DNA of 63,086 nucleotides, the filler included, from Nemertoderma westbladi (taxonomy: Eukaryota > Animalia > Xenacoelomorpha): assembly GCA_032718475.1 (NCBI GenBank). It is 3 parts of 3 records of this genome, joined end to end, with 100 filler letters (N's around TTAATTAATTAA, not from the genome) between each part and the next. Parts side by side here need not be neighbours in the genome. Positions count along the whole stretch, not along the records: positions 1 to 19,941 come from JAUCBJ010007081.1; 2 more parts are not named here. One strand, given 5' to 3'. Positions 1-12,968 of this stretch are shown here, in pieces (the first letter of the stretch is position 1; every line of letters starts with the position of its first letter). The notes beneath the pieces were generated by a model that ran no database searches, had not been told where the DNA came from, and saw only the letters and a list, made by a program, of their open reading frames with translations. The position numbers and the translations under genes are program-made.

Positions 1-2883
1 ACGCACTCTCGTTCTTTCTTCGGGCTTTCTTCCGCGCATTCTGCTAGGAGACTGAGGAGGGGTCTTAGTAACCTGTTCTCTCCTATTGTTGGTTCGAGCT
101 TTGTATTTACTTACTTCCTTGGAGGTTTTGTCAATATAATAAGATCGTTCGGTGTCTTTCCCGCTGTCTTCTTCTTGGGAAACTTGGCTTTCGCCGTCGT
201 CAGTGTAACACACCGGTGTTACTCTTCTCCTAGAAGTGGGTTTCTCACTTACCTTATTTTCCGATGTTTTCTCTCTGGACTGCTTGATGAGTTGTAGTTT
301 GACTTCACCATCTAAGAAAGACATGAGATCAGCCATGGTAGGACTTCGTCGTTGTTGTTCATTCATGTACAACACTTTCTTGTCCCAGCGTGTACATACT
401 CCACCCTTTGGTAAAGTAGAGACTACGGCTCCAATAACCATGGAACTCTGATATTCATGCGACTTACCTAACCAGTCCAGTTGTCTACAGATCTCTTGAA
501 TTTCATCGGAAAACTCTATAATCCCACTACTAAGGAAGTGTCGGGGAGCTACTAATTTTGCATACAAATACTTAGCTATGTTATCCTTGTTACCATACCT
601 GATGTTTAATGTATCCCAAACTTGTCTTAATCCTTCTGGATGTCCAATAAACTTTAACGCCATTAACTTGGGAGGTCCTTCCAAGCACTTGATGAGGAAC
701 CTAAGTTTCTCTCCGTTAGATAGCACAGAGTTCTGTATGCTGTCTTTGTAATATTCGTTGAAAGGTAACCATTTCATTTCGTCTCCATTGAATTTGACGA
801 TCTCTCCCACTTTGACCGCTTGGCGGGCTTCTGTTCTAGCCATCTGACGCGTAAAGCTTTCTTGGGCCATCGTGTTATTTAATATCGAATTATCGGTATA
901 TAAATTTCTCGGATCATTATCAGGTCTATAAGGAATATCATTAATAACAGGTCTATAATCACCCTTAATAGGGTTTGCTATAGGAGTTTCAACTTCACTA
1001 GCAGTATAGATGCGTGTAGGCTCCACACCTTGCGCATGTAATACTTCAGACCTAACAGGTTGACACAATGTTACAGGGGGTATTGGTATGCCCCTTTGTA
1101 TATTGACTAATTTGTCGCGTTCTAGCGCGATACTTTGCTGCACTTCTTGCAACTCTGCTCTACCTTCCCTCACTGTTCCCTTAAGTTGGTGGACGGTCTC
1201 CTGCATCTGTCCTAGCAGGAGATTCATCCCCCGCCGTCCCTCTTCCACCCACTCAACCGCCGAAGCGGGAGTCGCCAACATAGTAGCGGGCTGACGCGGG
1301 ACGACGGGAGACAAATTATTGATTTCTCTCTCTGCTATCTGGACAGGGGTATTTGCATGGACTGTTCCACCGGGTACAGGCAGTGTAGTACTATGTAAAG
1401 GGAATTTAGAGTTAAGCTCTGGAAGTGTAGGGGTCTCTAGCACAGAAGTGACTTTGGGAACAACAGGCCTAATTATTTCAGGTTCAACGACTATAGTAGG
1501 GAGTCTTTTGACCTGGATAAATTGTTCTATGGGTTCTGCACTACCTAAGTCTGTGCTAGTTAGCTGTCTTTTAACAGCTGGGGGCAAATCAGGCAATTTG
1601 CGACGGTAAGATGTTTTTCTACGCCTACTTAGATGAGATCTATTTCCTCCGCCTTCAGGATCGGTGGTCTCGCCTTCCTCCGAGGATGTGTATCCCTGGC
1701 GCTTGGGAGTAGATTTTCTCATCATCTGCATTTGATTAGCAGTAAACTGTTTATTTATACTGTCTTGTGTCTCTTGCAGATTTTCCAACTCCAGTTGGGT
1801 AGTCTGCTCAGAGGCTCTCCGTTCTGCTTCTGCCACTGCCTTTGCTGCTTTTCTTTCTGCTTCTGCTTCTGCCGCCGCTGCCTTTCTTTCTGCTTCTGCT
1901 TCTGCCGCCGCGGCCTTTGCTGCTTTTCTTTCTGCTTCTGCTTCTGCAGCCGCTGCCTTTCTTTCTGCTTCTGCTTCTGCCGTAGCTGCCTTTGCTGCTT
2001 TTCTTTCTGCTTCTGCTTCTGCAGCCGCTGCCTTTCTTTCTGCTTCTGCTTCTGCCGTAGCCGCCGCCTTTTGTTCCTCTATCCGTCTTTTCTTTATTTG
2101 TTCTTCTCGGACTCTAGTGAGACGGAGTTTTTCATCACATTCAGCTTGGTTTGCAGCTAACATTTCGGCATCGATTGAGTCCAATACAAGCTTGGTTCCT
2201 TCACTATTAGGGGAAAGTCCAGACAGCCGTCTCCTCAACTCTTCGTCTCCTAGGAATCGCTGATAGTCGGACAAATAAATGTCGATAGCGTCTCTAGTTC
2301 GCGGTTTCTCTGAGGCCTCTTCGCTTTCCGCTTGAGGAAGGGTGACATCAGTTGGTTCTTCATAAGTTGATCTCTCAGCCAGCTGGGATTTCCACTGGGC
2401 CGTTTCCTGTACTTTGAGATCTACCCGATGTAGCCAAGTTTTGACAGCAACCTGCAGCGACGTGTCCTGTCTTCTTTTGGAAGTTTCCTCAAAGGCTGAG
2501 AGGATTAGTCGTATGCGTAGGGTTCTTTCTCGTATTTGATATAGCAACTCTTCCTGCTCTTGAGGTCCGTGAGGTTGTCGAAACAGTTGTTCTTCCAATC
2601 GATCCAAAGATCCGAAGAATCCCTGCACATATCCTGCTGCCGACCTCTTCCAAACAGCTGGATCCATTGTATCTTTAGCCACTCCCATCCTTTGTATATC
2701 TTCCCAAGTAGCCTCGGACAGATCCAACGGAAGTCCGAGTCCGGGAAAGTTCCATTGTGATTCAACAATAGATATCAATTCTTCCCTGGCGTATCCCGCG
2801 TAATTATCTTGGGTCGCTCGCTTATTCTTCGCCCAGTCGGCTTGATGTTCCTCCACCGCAATGAATATAGTAGTTAGCACTGC
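1..2883 (-). pseudogene. gag of BEL/Pao copy 1, portion downstream of the insertion (AVLTTIFIAVEEHQADW ... MRGRKPEERTRVR)
   Basis: Collinear and highly similar to about 25936-28777 of the copy-2 ORF, including the (AAAAEAEAERK)n repeat and the FNGDEMKWLPF DUF1759-type gag region. It is separated from its ATG by the 2884-10395 insertion. Confidence 0.9.
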
Positions 2884-3711
2884 CAGTAGGGAACACATGC
2901 CCGAATTGGCAGCACAGACGCACTGCCATTTTTGAAAAATGCACTGCCATATTAGGCAGTTTTACCCTAAATTTCGGATAAAATGTGAATTTGTATCAAC
3001 TTCCTGCTGGAAGGGCCCCATTTTTATTTCATTGGATGAAAATATGATATATATTGGAGGTAAATACAAAATGTAGTAAGAGTTTCATGGTTGGGTTTTG
3101 GAGATATTTGACATTGAAAATTGCAAGTCAAAAACATGCACTGCTTAAAATGGCAGTTATGGTCATTGAATTAATTCCTTCTGTCTGACTGTAGGAGAGC
3201 TGGAGTGGAGAGCCTGGCAATGCCAGGCATCCTTCAGTCCTTCAGAGTTTATCTATCTCTGTCTGTACTGTATCTGCTAAACAGCCTATCTATCTACAGT
3301 ATATAAGACTATCCTTTTGAAAGCAATTTATATATTTTAATTTTGTTAGTTATTCAGTTAACTGGCTGACTGGTTAACAATTTACACAGTCACTGACAGG
3401 TAATTTATTAATATATTTATTATACTGTATAAAATATTAATATATATGTGGCCATTATAACAATATGTATTATACAGTTATTATACATGACATGTTGTCA
3501 ATATTGACATGTTCCATGTCAAAATTGACATGATGTCAATATTGACATGTTTTGATCATAAATTTTTTAAATATTGTGATTTGAAAATTAAAAAATGTTT
3601 TTTTGTAAAGAGAATATCTATTTTAATTAAAATATTGTTGAATCCAACCAATGTATATTGTTGTTTGTAATAATTTTAATGATATGTTTTATAGCATGTC
3701 AATATTGACAT

Positions 3712-5695
3712 GAAATTGAAATTGAATTTAATGACATGACATTATAGATAAACAAATAATAAACGGTTAACACGGATTAAACAAACGTGACATCGTCACT
3801 AAAAGTAAAATAAGCACCCAGCCATTTAACACCACTGGGGCTGCACACAGTGAACTGTACATTATATGTGCAATATGCAATGCACAAAAAAGTGTTTAAA
3901 ATTTAATTTAAAATAATTACGTACATAGTCATTATGGGTATATAATTAAAACCAAAAGTAAAATATTAAGTTAATGCTAGTTATTGCTAGGTATCTATGG
4001 AGTATTATGAGTTCCATAGTGTATCAGATCAGCCTGGGACTAGGGAGAACCGGAGCAGTTGTGATTGGTGCAGGGGGAGGGCGGATTGTCTCCATTGTGG
4101 TCTTCCAGGATCCCTTGCACGTATGGAGCAGATCAGTCTCATCTAGGTTCTTTTTAAATACTTTGAGTGATGGTGACATTACAACTACATTGGGAAGAGA
4201 GTTCCAGGTGGGGATATGACGCACAGTGAAATGATGCTGGTGAATAGCTACATTTGAATGGGGGCGTTCTAATTTCCATGGGTGTCCTCTAGTTCTTGAA
4301 TTAGAAGCAATGTGAAAGTAAACTCGATCTGATTGCCCACTTCGAATTATTTTATACATTTCAGTGATATCGATTTTGATCCGGCGTTCTTCTAGAGATT
4401 TGCATTTCAATTTAGTTAGTCTGCTGGAATAGCTTAAACCAGATAGACCGGGTAACCACCGCGTAAACTCTCTTTGAACCTGTTCTAACCTGTTTATATC
4501 TTTGTCGAGCATTGGAGACCAAATGGGGCTATTATATTCGAGAATTGGTCGAACAAAAGTGCAAAATAGATAGAATTGAAACTGGCTATTACGGTGGCCG
4601 AATGAACGTCTAATTTGAGAGCTCGATTTTCTTGCCTTGGCACAGATGAATTCGACATGTTCACTAAAGAGTAAATCATTTGAAATGATAATTCCAAGGT
4701 CTTTGTTGCATTTATTAGTGTTCAAGAGAGTTCCATTCATATTATAAGTATGAGTAACTGAGGTAGAAGAATTTGGGGCCATAAGTGAGACTAGACAGCA
4801 CTTTTTAACATTAAACTCCATATTCCAATCAGAAGCCCAACTAAGGAGAGAATCGATGTCTTGTTGCAAGTATAACGCATCATGATTGCTTGAAATATGT
4901 CGGTAGAGCTTAGTATCATCCGCATATAATTTGATGAATGTTTCCTTCAGAATGTTATCACCAATGTCGTTTATGCAAATAATAAAAAGTAGTGGGGCCA
5001 GGATACTGCCCTGCGGAACACCACTTGTAACCTTAGCACAGGCAGAGAGACATCCATCAATGATTGTATGTTGATATCTAGTCATGAGAAATACAGAGAT
5101 CCAATGCAGCAGCAACCCAGAAATTCCTGTAGATTCTAATTTTGAAATAAGCTTACTGTGGGAAACTTTGTCAAATGCTATCTTAAAATCCGTATAAATA
5201 ATGTCTACGCGCCCTCGGAAGTTGCGAATATTTACCCAGTCCAGAGAACACTCCAGAAGCTGGGTGAAAGTAGATTTCCCTTTTAGGAAACCATGTTGCC
5301 GAGAAGAAATAAATTTTGACTGGTAGAGATGATTCAGAATTTTCCCCCTCACAATAGTTTCCATCAGTTTTGCTAATAATGATGTCAGTGAAATTGGCCT
5401 GTAATTCAAAGGGTTGGAACGGGAGCCCGATTTTTTAAATACGGGAACGATATGCGATAAAACCCATGAATCCGGAATAATACCTGAGTCCAAAGATTGT
5501 TGGAACAGCCTAGTTAGTGGAGTAGCAAGAAACGGAGCCAAATTGCGCAACAATATTGATGGAATGTGGTCAGGTCCAGGTGCTTTGCCGGGTTTCAGCT
5601 TAGAAAGGTTCTTGAACACCTCATGGGATTCAAAGACAATATGGTTGAGAATATTTTTGTTCGGATGATTCGAATCAGAATTAGGATTCCAACTG
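3712..5695 (-). mobile_element. 5'-truncated CR1-clade LINE with 10-bp TSD and (TTCAAT)n tail
   Basis: RT ORF; minus-strand 3' end ATTAAA-TTCAAT-TTCAAT-TTC at about 3712-3732; ATATTGACAT duplicated at 3702-3711 and 5696-5705. Confidence 0.88.
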
Positions 5696-5724
5696 ATATT
5701 GACATCTAATGTCAATATTGACAT
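4024..5724 (-). CDS. LINE ORF2 reverse transcriptase + C-terminal region (endonuclease missing), 566 aa
   Basis: Motifs KAPGPD, NYRPISLTS, QHGF, DFKIAFDKVSH, GVPQGSILAPLLF, YADDTKLY, FVRPILEY, TRGHPWKL, WNSLP are typical of CR1-clade RT. The first ~10 codons come from flanking DNA. Confidence 0.92.
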   Translation of the reverse strand: MSILTLDVNISWNPNSDSNHPNKNILNHIVFESHEVFKNLSKLKPGKAPGPDHIPSILLRNLAPFLATPLTRLFQQSLDSGIIPDSWVLSHIVPVFKKSGSRSNPLNYRPISLTSLLAKLMETIVRGKILNHLYQSKFISSRQHGFLKGKSTFTQLLECSLDWVNIRNFRGRVDIIYTDFKIAFDKVSHSKLISKLESTGISGLLLHWISVFLMTRYQHTIIDGCLSACAKVTSGVPQGSILAPLLFIICINDIGDNILKETFIKLYADDTKLYRHISSNHDALYLQQDIDSLLSWASDWNMEFNVKKCCLVSLMAPNSSTSVTHTYNMNGTLLNTNKCNKDLGIIISNDLLFSEHVEFICAKARKSSSQIRRSFGHRNSQFQFYLFCTFVRPILEYNSPIWSPMLDKDINRLEQVQREFTRWLPGLSGLSYSSRLTKLKCKSLEERRIKIDITEMYKIIRSGQSDRVYFHIASNSRTRGHPWKLERPHSNVAIHQHHFTVRHIPTWNSLPNVVVMSPSLKVFKKNLDETDLLHTCKGSWKTTMETIRPPPAPITTAPVLPSPRLI

Positions 5725-5759
5725 GAACGCTGGGTTCTTATGTTCATTTCACCCCACCA

Positions 5760-7930
5760 AATCTATTTAGAGGCCTTCAAGTAGCATCACAAATACTGAA
5801 ACGAGCTGTCAAAACGCTTTAGTTAGAGGCATTCTTGCTGCATTATAAATACTGAAAAGAGCTTTTGAAACTATTCAGGCCTTCGCGCAGCATGTTAAAT
5901 ACTGAAAAAGAGCTACTAAAACTGTTCAGTCCTTTGTGCAGCATGATAAATGCTGAAAAGTGGAGTTGAAATTGTTCAGAGGGTTTCATGTATCATGAGA
6001 AAAACTGAAAAGAACCGATAAAACTGCCCAGGGTATGGCCTACAGGCAAACAGGGGCCTTCGCACAGTTTGAAAAATACATAAAAGATCTCTCAAAGCTG
6101 CTCAGAGACCTTTGTGCAGCATGATAAACGCTGAAACTGTGAAAAGAGATGTTGAAACTATTCAGAGCTTTGCACTTTGTGCAGCATGATAAATGCTGTA
6201 AAGAGCTGTTGAAACTGTTCAGACGTCTTCGAGCAGCTTGAGACGGACTGAAAATAAGTTTTGAAACTTTCAGGCCTTCGCACAGAATGTGAAATACTGA
6301 AAAGAGTTGATAAAACTGTTCAGAGTTCTTCATGCAGCATGATAAAATGCTTAAAATAACAGTTGAAATTGTTGAGATGGCTTCGTGCAACATGAGAAAT
6401 GCTGAAAATTGCTGTTGAAAGTCATAAAACTATTCAAAGTCCTTCATGCAGCATTATAAATGCTGAAAATGACATTTGAATGTTCAGAGTGATTTGTGCA
6501 ATATGAGAATGCCGAAAATAGCTGTTGAAACTGTTGAGAGGCCTTCGTGGCTTCGTGCAGCATGATAAATGCTGAAAAGGACTGTCTGGCTGTTGAAACT
6601 GCTAAAAGGCCTTCATGCAGCATGAGAAATACTGAAAACAGCTGATAAAACTGTTCGGAGTCCTTCATGCATCATGATAAATGCTGAAAAGGGCTGGTAA
6701 AACTGCTAAAAGGCCTTCATGCAGCATGAGAAATACTGAAAAGAGCTGATAAAACTGTTCAAAGTCCTTCGTGCATCATGATAATGCTGAAAAGGGCTGT
6801 TAAAACTGCTAAAAAGGCCTTCATGCAGCATGAGAAATACTGAAAAGAGCTGATAAAACTGTTCAGAGTCCTTCATGCAGCATGATAAATGCTGAAAATA
6901 ACATTTGAAGTTGTTCAGTTCATCAGTTCAGAGGGCTTTCTGCAATATGAGAATGCCGAAAATCAGAAAATAGCTGTTGAAACTGTTCAGATGCCTTGGT
7001 GCAGCATGATAAATGCTAAAAAGGGCTGTTAAAACTGCTAAAAGGCCTTCATGCAGCATGAGAAATACTGAAAAGAGCTGATAAAACTGTTCAGAGTCCT
7101 TCATGCAGCATGATAAATGCTGAAAATAACATTTGAAGTTGTTCAGAGGGCTTTGTGCAATATGAGAATGCCGAAAATAGCTGTTGAAACTATTCAGCTG
7201 CCTTCGTGCAGCATGATAAATGCTGAAAAGGGCTGTTGAAACTGCTAAAAGGCCTTCATGCAGCATGATAAATACTGAAAAGAGCTGATACAACTGTTCA
7301 GAGTCCTCAAGGCAGCATGATAAATGCTGAAAATGACATTTGAAGTTGTTCAGTGCAGAGGGCTTTGTGCAATATGAGAATGCCGAAAATAGCTGTTGAA
7401 ACTGTTTAGAGGCCTTCGTGCAGCATGAGAAATGCTGAAAAGAGCTGTTGAAACTGTTAAAAGCCCTCGTGCAGCATGGGAAATACTGAGAAGAGCTCAT
7501 AAAACTGTTCAGAATCCTTCATGCAGCATGATAAATGCTGAAAATAACAGTTGAAATTGTTCCGAGGGCTTCATGCAACATGATAAATGTTGAAAATAGC
7601 TGTTAAAACTGTTCAGAGACCTTCATGAGTTCATGCAGCATGAGAAAGGCTGAAAAGAGCTGTTGAAACTGTTAAAAGGGATTCGTAAAGCATGATAAAT
7701 GCTGAAATGAGCTGTTTAAATTGTTCAGATGTCTTTGTGCAGCTTGATAAATACTGAAATAGCTGCGATATTATTTGAAGTTTGAAACTGTAAAAGGTTT
7801 TGAATCTGTTCTGAAGCCATTGCGATCGTCGCAATTTTCCAACCATGCAAACACGAATTGTTGAAACAATTCAGAGGCCTTCGTGCTGCATGGGAAATAC
7901 TGAAAAGGACTGTTGAAACGGTTGATAAGG
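5760..7930. repeat. 52-bp satellite array with ~208-bp (4-mer) higher-order structure
   Basis: Unit ~GCAGCATGATAAATGCTGAAAAGAGCTGTTGAAACTGTTCAGAGGCCTTCRT (GCAGCATG at 7053 and 7105). The variant monomer containing ACATTTGAA recurs near 6470, 6900, 7130 and 7335. Confidence 0.9.
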
Positions 7931-8149
7931 TATACTGACAGATACTGAAACTAAATGCCAAATAATATAAATGATCAGACCACCCTGAAAACATACAGTA
8001 GCTGTTAAGTGTTAACACTGTAACATGCAAACCAATCGCCAATACTGATAAACAACAACACTCAGACACTGGGCAGCTGGGAGGTACGACCGTACGAGAG
8101 ATGGTTGGGGAGAACTACTATTATTTATTTATTACTTCTTTAAAAAAAA

Positions 8150-8362
8150 GGGGGGGGGGGGGGACTGGACGCAATAAAAAGTCATCCCTCTCCAGGGGAA
8201 ATTGGACGCAAATAACAGATGATTACTCTCAAAAATAAAACTGTAACCTGTTCTATTGTGTTTAGTTTATTTTTTTGGTTAAAATAACAAGCGACTGTAA
8301 CCTGCTCCTTTCCCTAAATTGAGAATATAACAATGAGCCCCCCCCCCCCCCCCCCCTGTCTC
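8150..8362 (+). mobile_element. Poly-G MITE family, partial copy
   Basis: GnACTGGACGCAATAAAA...CCCTCTCCAGGGGAAATT...CTGTAACCTGCTCCTTTCCCTAAATTGAGAAT...CnTGTCTC matches the copies at 15042, 32589 and 38528. Confidence 0.85.
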
Positions 8363-10310
8363 AAGGCAACAAGGAACCAGAGATGCTAAATTTATTGTTA
8401 CCAAATTATTAAAAGCTGTTACACTGTCAACTGTGTTACCTGTTAAGTGGATAAGACTGTACTGCTGTAAGTGTAAGATATATTATAAAAACATTACCCC
8501 TACGCGTAATCCAGTCTGACAGTAATCTGTCAGTATGTCAGTATGTAGCTTTGTCAGGTATAAATTACTGAATTATAGTTACAGTATAGTATAGTCTATA
8601 GGGTGGCGTGGCCTAACCCCACACTTCTGTTCTCATCATTACATGTCAATTTTGACATGTATGTCAATTTTAACATTAGAAAAACTTTAAGTATTTATAT
8701 TAACTAAACGGCACGGTGAAAAAATTTCCGCACGGTCAAAAGTTTCTAATTTACTTATAATTTCGATTTTTATATTTAAAAAACACGTCTGGAAATATTT
8801 GAACACGTCAGGTAAAAAAATGTCAATATTGCCATGTCCATGTCAATTTTGACATGCCCCATCCTGGAGAAATTAGCTTTACCTGTCAATATTGACACAT
8901 GTCAATATTGACAAAGTGCCCGACTGTTATAGGCCTATAGTTTGTTAATATTAAAAGTTACGGTTTGCTAATGATAAAATTTATATTTATTGACTGATTG
9001 ACAGATTGATATGGTAGCTGATAATTATTGATAGTAAATACAGAAATATTTAGTAATAAAATCATTAGGCCTAATATATATCATATTTAAAAATGTCATA
9101 TCTTTAAGGGGTCTGTACAGAAATTTACCTCCCCTTGATAAATTTATTGTTTAATAATTTATGGATGTAGAAAGAAATTTCTTATAAGGCACTGTTTAAG
9201 GTTTTAAGAAATAATTAAATCCAATTTAGATACTAAAAAATAGTCTATATTTAGATTTACACGTTCACACACAAAATTTATATAATAAAATAGTATTTTG
9301 ATACAGTATGACTTACCGGCTGACCAGTAATCTAAAATTGATATAAATCAATTAATTGTAAATTGATACAGTATTATGTAGGTTTTACAGTAGATGGAAA
9401 ATGTTAAATATAGATAGAGTGAGCAATGAGTAAAACCAACATAAATATAAAATAATAATAAAGATAAAGATAATAGGCTTATATTCTAACAAACACTAAC
9501 ACATGTTACAACAGTATATTTTTTTAAAGCAAAATTTGATACTAATGTTTTTGTGTACAAGTACAATAGGCTGGCTGTGAGTGGCTGATAGGTTAAAACG
9601 TTAATAGTAAAACTGAGGTGAGTGTTTATGTTTACAATAGGCTGATAGGAGTACGTAGATTAAAACACATACAAAGTCATACATTTGACAATAGTAACAG
9701 ATAGAGAATGCAATATAAACCAACATACAATATACAGATATAATATTTACAAATTCAGGAGAAAAATGATCGGGTCTTTCTTTTTCCAACTTTCCCAGTC
9801 TAATGGTGTTTCAAACTGTGAAAAATTGATTTATAACATCTGTTGAATATTGGTTATTTATATATTGTTTCCATCAGAATTGCTGAATTGTATGTAATGC
9901 TGAATGCATTTTCTGATTTTGCACTGCCATTTTAAGCATTGCACTGCTAGTTCAAACAGTATGCTGCTATATTATGAAGAACACTGCTATTTTGGGCAGT
10001 GCATGCTTTTGACTAGCAATTTTCAAAGTCTGATGTCTCTAAAACCCAACTGTGAAAGTCTACCAAATTTTCTATTTACCTTGCAATACATATTATATTT
10101 TCATCCCTTGAAATAAAAAAGGGGCCCTTCAAGCAGGAAGTTAATAAAAATTGACATTTTATCAGAAATTTAGGCTAAAACTGCCTAATACTGTAATATG
10201 GCAGTGCATTTTGCAAAGTCTGCACTGCCTGTTTGGGCATGTGTTTCCTACTGCAGTGACTACATCTTCAATTGATTATAAATCGAGTAATTAATAATAT
10301 ATAATAACAG

Positions 10311-10395
10311 AATAATATAATAATAATAATAATGGCTTATTAACGTGCCCCCTTCTAACATTAGTCATGCAGAGGGCACCGTAATCAAATGTCAG
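10311..10395 (-). mobile_element. Probable 3' stub of a LINE/SINE
   Basis: Minus strand reads ...GGGGGCACGTTAATAAGCC(ATT)n, resembling L2/CR1-type 3' ends. There is no second copy to confirm it. Confidence 0.4.
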
Positions 10396-10757
10396 ACTGC
10401 AGCAGGAAGAGTAAGAAGGGGGTCCGAGTAGACTGTATCAGCCATCTGCACTCCATGTTCGGGAGTCAACTCTACAGTATCCGAACTGCTGGAGCTATCG
10501 GGTCGCTGGGAAGTAGGTTCTTGACCAAGATGTTGCTGCGATAGGACAACTGCCTCTTGGTCCCGTTTTACCTGTGCCCGAGTGCCTATGATGGACCTAT
10601 GGTGGACTAGCCTAGGGTCTGATACTACTGGAGGGATGACCTTTTTTACAGTAGGAGGTGAGCCGAACTCCTTTCTTATTCGCTCCACACTCCTATCTGA
10701 ATCACAGATAGTTGTATCGATCAGACTGTCTGACAGGTTTTGCTGAGTGTCAGACAT
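10396..10757 (-). pseudogene. N-terminal gag fragment of BEL/Pao copy 1
   Basis: MSDTQQNLSD...YSDPLLTLPAAV matches the first ~123 aa of the 25573 ORF and continues at 2883. Confidence 0.92.
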
Positions 10758-12968
10758 GTTTAGCTATACAGTTGAAGGCTTACTGCTATAATTACAGTTA
10801 AAGCAAGTCTAGTAATTCAGTATGACCACTGGCCTAGTACCGGTAATTTATTGCAGTATATTAGAATACCGGTATGCACTTATAATATATATAAGTATTG
10901 TAAACTAGGTTTGTCACAGAGTACCGGTATATAAATTTAACACAGATATATAAATATATAATAGGCCTATCTTGAATACCGGTATACAGCTTACACTTAT
11001 AGTATATATAAGTATAATTATGAACTAAAAATTAATTACAGAGTACCGGTATGATTTCAGCTCAAATTTATAGAAATAAATATAATAAGCCTATGGTAGG
11101 TACCGGTATGTCAATTATTTTTAGAATAATTGAATTCCTGAATATTTTAGGGTTACTTAGTTACTTTAACTTACTTTATTACCGTTATTTAAGCAGTAGT
11201 CCAACTGATATTGAGACCTAGTTGTTGTCTGGTAGGCCTACTATGTATAAATCGTTTGAGTTGATTTATAATAGATATATACCCGTTTAAATGGGTTTTT
11301 TGTCAATATTTGAAATAAATGTTATTATTTCTGGGGGAGTCACTACACAGAAGCTGTGAGCTCTCAGTGAAGTGCTATTTATGGGACACTAAGACAGATT
11401 ATTCTAATTTACCTAAGTTACTTAATACTACAAATTACTTACGATACTGATGAGATTAATTCTCTAATTAAACACAACAAAATATTACGTACGAAATTTT
11501 TTAGGGTAATTTTACAGGAAGTCTACAAACCAGCCTAACAAAGGGTTAGAATTCTGGTTATTACAACGGACAGGGTACTACGGTATTTGAAATAATAAGT
11601 AGTAGTAAATATATTGTACTGTCCAGATAGGAAAATACCACCGCCTGACGACCTATAACCGTATCGCTATAGGTACTAGTACTACGTTATGTATCACGGA
11701 TTGTTCCTACCCAGAAGCTAATAGAGCTAACGAATGTGCCTATCAACCACTTTACAACACAAATACACTGCCTACACTAATTACTTCGGAAAGCACTGTA
11801 CACTAAACCCTAAATTAGGTACAAGTACCGGTATAACAAATAATCAGTAGTTAAATATACTTGAACAGTTAAAAGAACCACGGCATCTGCTGGAGTGACC
11901 GAAGCACAAAGTCACCAGTCTTTACCTACGCCGAGCAGCCCTGATGTAGTACCGGGGTTAGTTTAACTATAACGGTATGTATAACAAGCACAATTACTGT
12001 AGGAATAAACTTGGGGACATGAATGTTGCGAATAATCGCATAAACTCTGAATAATAAATATTACGCTACCCGTACAGAATACTCAAACAAAATACAAACT
12101 AAACGCTGGCAGACTACTATCAAGCCTAAACAAACTACAGTATGTGCAGATTCTGAAACTGTTAGTTAGTATGCGTTCTAACACGGTAGTACGACTTACT
12201 CTTTAAGAGGGGATTGACCTTACCGCATATGGCTGCCCCAACTTACTAACGGCACTTTATCAGACCAACTCTACACACGCAGCAATCCCTTCAGGCCTAA
12301 GAATAGCTAGACAACAATCTAGCCTATAAAATATCTGAGCAATAACTATTACGGTACCTGAACAGACCACACAAACAAACACAGACTAAAACACTGTCAG
12401 ACTACGATCAAGCCTAAATAAACTACAGTATATGCAGACTCTGAAACTGTTAGTTAGTATGCGTTCTAACACGGTAGTACGACTTATTCTTTAAGAGGGG
12501 ATTGACCTTACCGCATATGGCTGCCCCAACTTACTAACGGCACTTTATCAGACAAACTCTACACATGCCGTAATCTCTCCAAACTCAACACAGTCAGACA
12601 GCAGTTCAGCCTACAATTACTTGCACAATCTGAGCAGACTTACACGTCTTCAGCTCAATATTAACTTACTAGGAAATAAAACCGACAGAAATAAGTAAGC
12701 TCCAAAAGAAACAAGGGGTGTACAGTCCCTAATCTCTTAAACAGCCTACCGGTATACAATAATCAAAATCGAACAATACTAAATGTACTTGTACAGCAGT
12801 ACCGGTACCGGTGATGACAGTTAGGCCTACTGACCTACAGAAGCACTGGTTCAGTTTTACCAGTCACTACGGTATTTTGCAACCTTATTGCCTACTGCAA
12901 TAAGATTATAAACTGTTACTGTTCGCGCTTTTGAAGACCTTTAGCAGTTTAACCTGCCAAAATTTATA

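Larger units (their letters stand above)
2884..10253. mobile_element. Non-autonomous DNA transposon with ~270-bp imperfect TIRs (CAGTAGG termini, hAT-like), carrying nested inserts
   Basis: CAGTAGGGAACACATGCCC at 2884 versus GGGCATGTGTTTCCTACTG ending at 10253. Inverted similarity extends over 2884-3157 / 9983-10253. No 8-bp TSD is visible, so the superfamily is tentative. Confidence 0.8.

Noticed and set aside
236-2768. Plus-strand ORFs including the Cys/Phe-rich 1633-2160 (FCFCFCRR)n, and minus-strand 26659-27020
   Set aside because: Antisense or alternative-frame shadows of BEL gag and its AEAEAERK repeat.
6040-8069. Several 70-190-aa minus-strand ORFs
   Set aside because: Translations of the 52-bp satellite; no domain.
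11447-11500. CTGATGA...GAAA hammerhead-like core in the BEL leader
   Set aside because: Antisense to the element, helices do not close, and CTGATGA is not conserved in copy 2.
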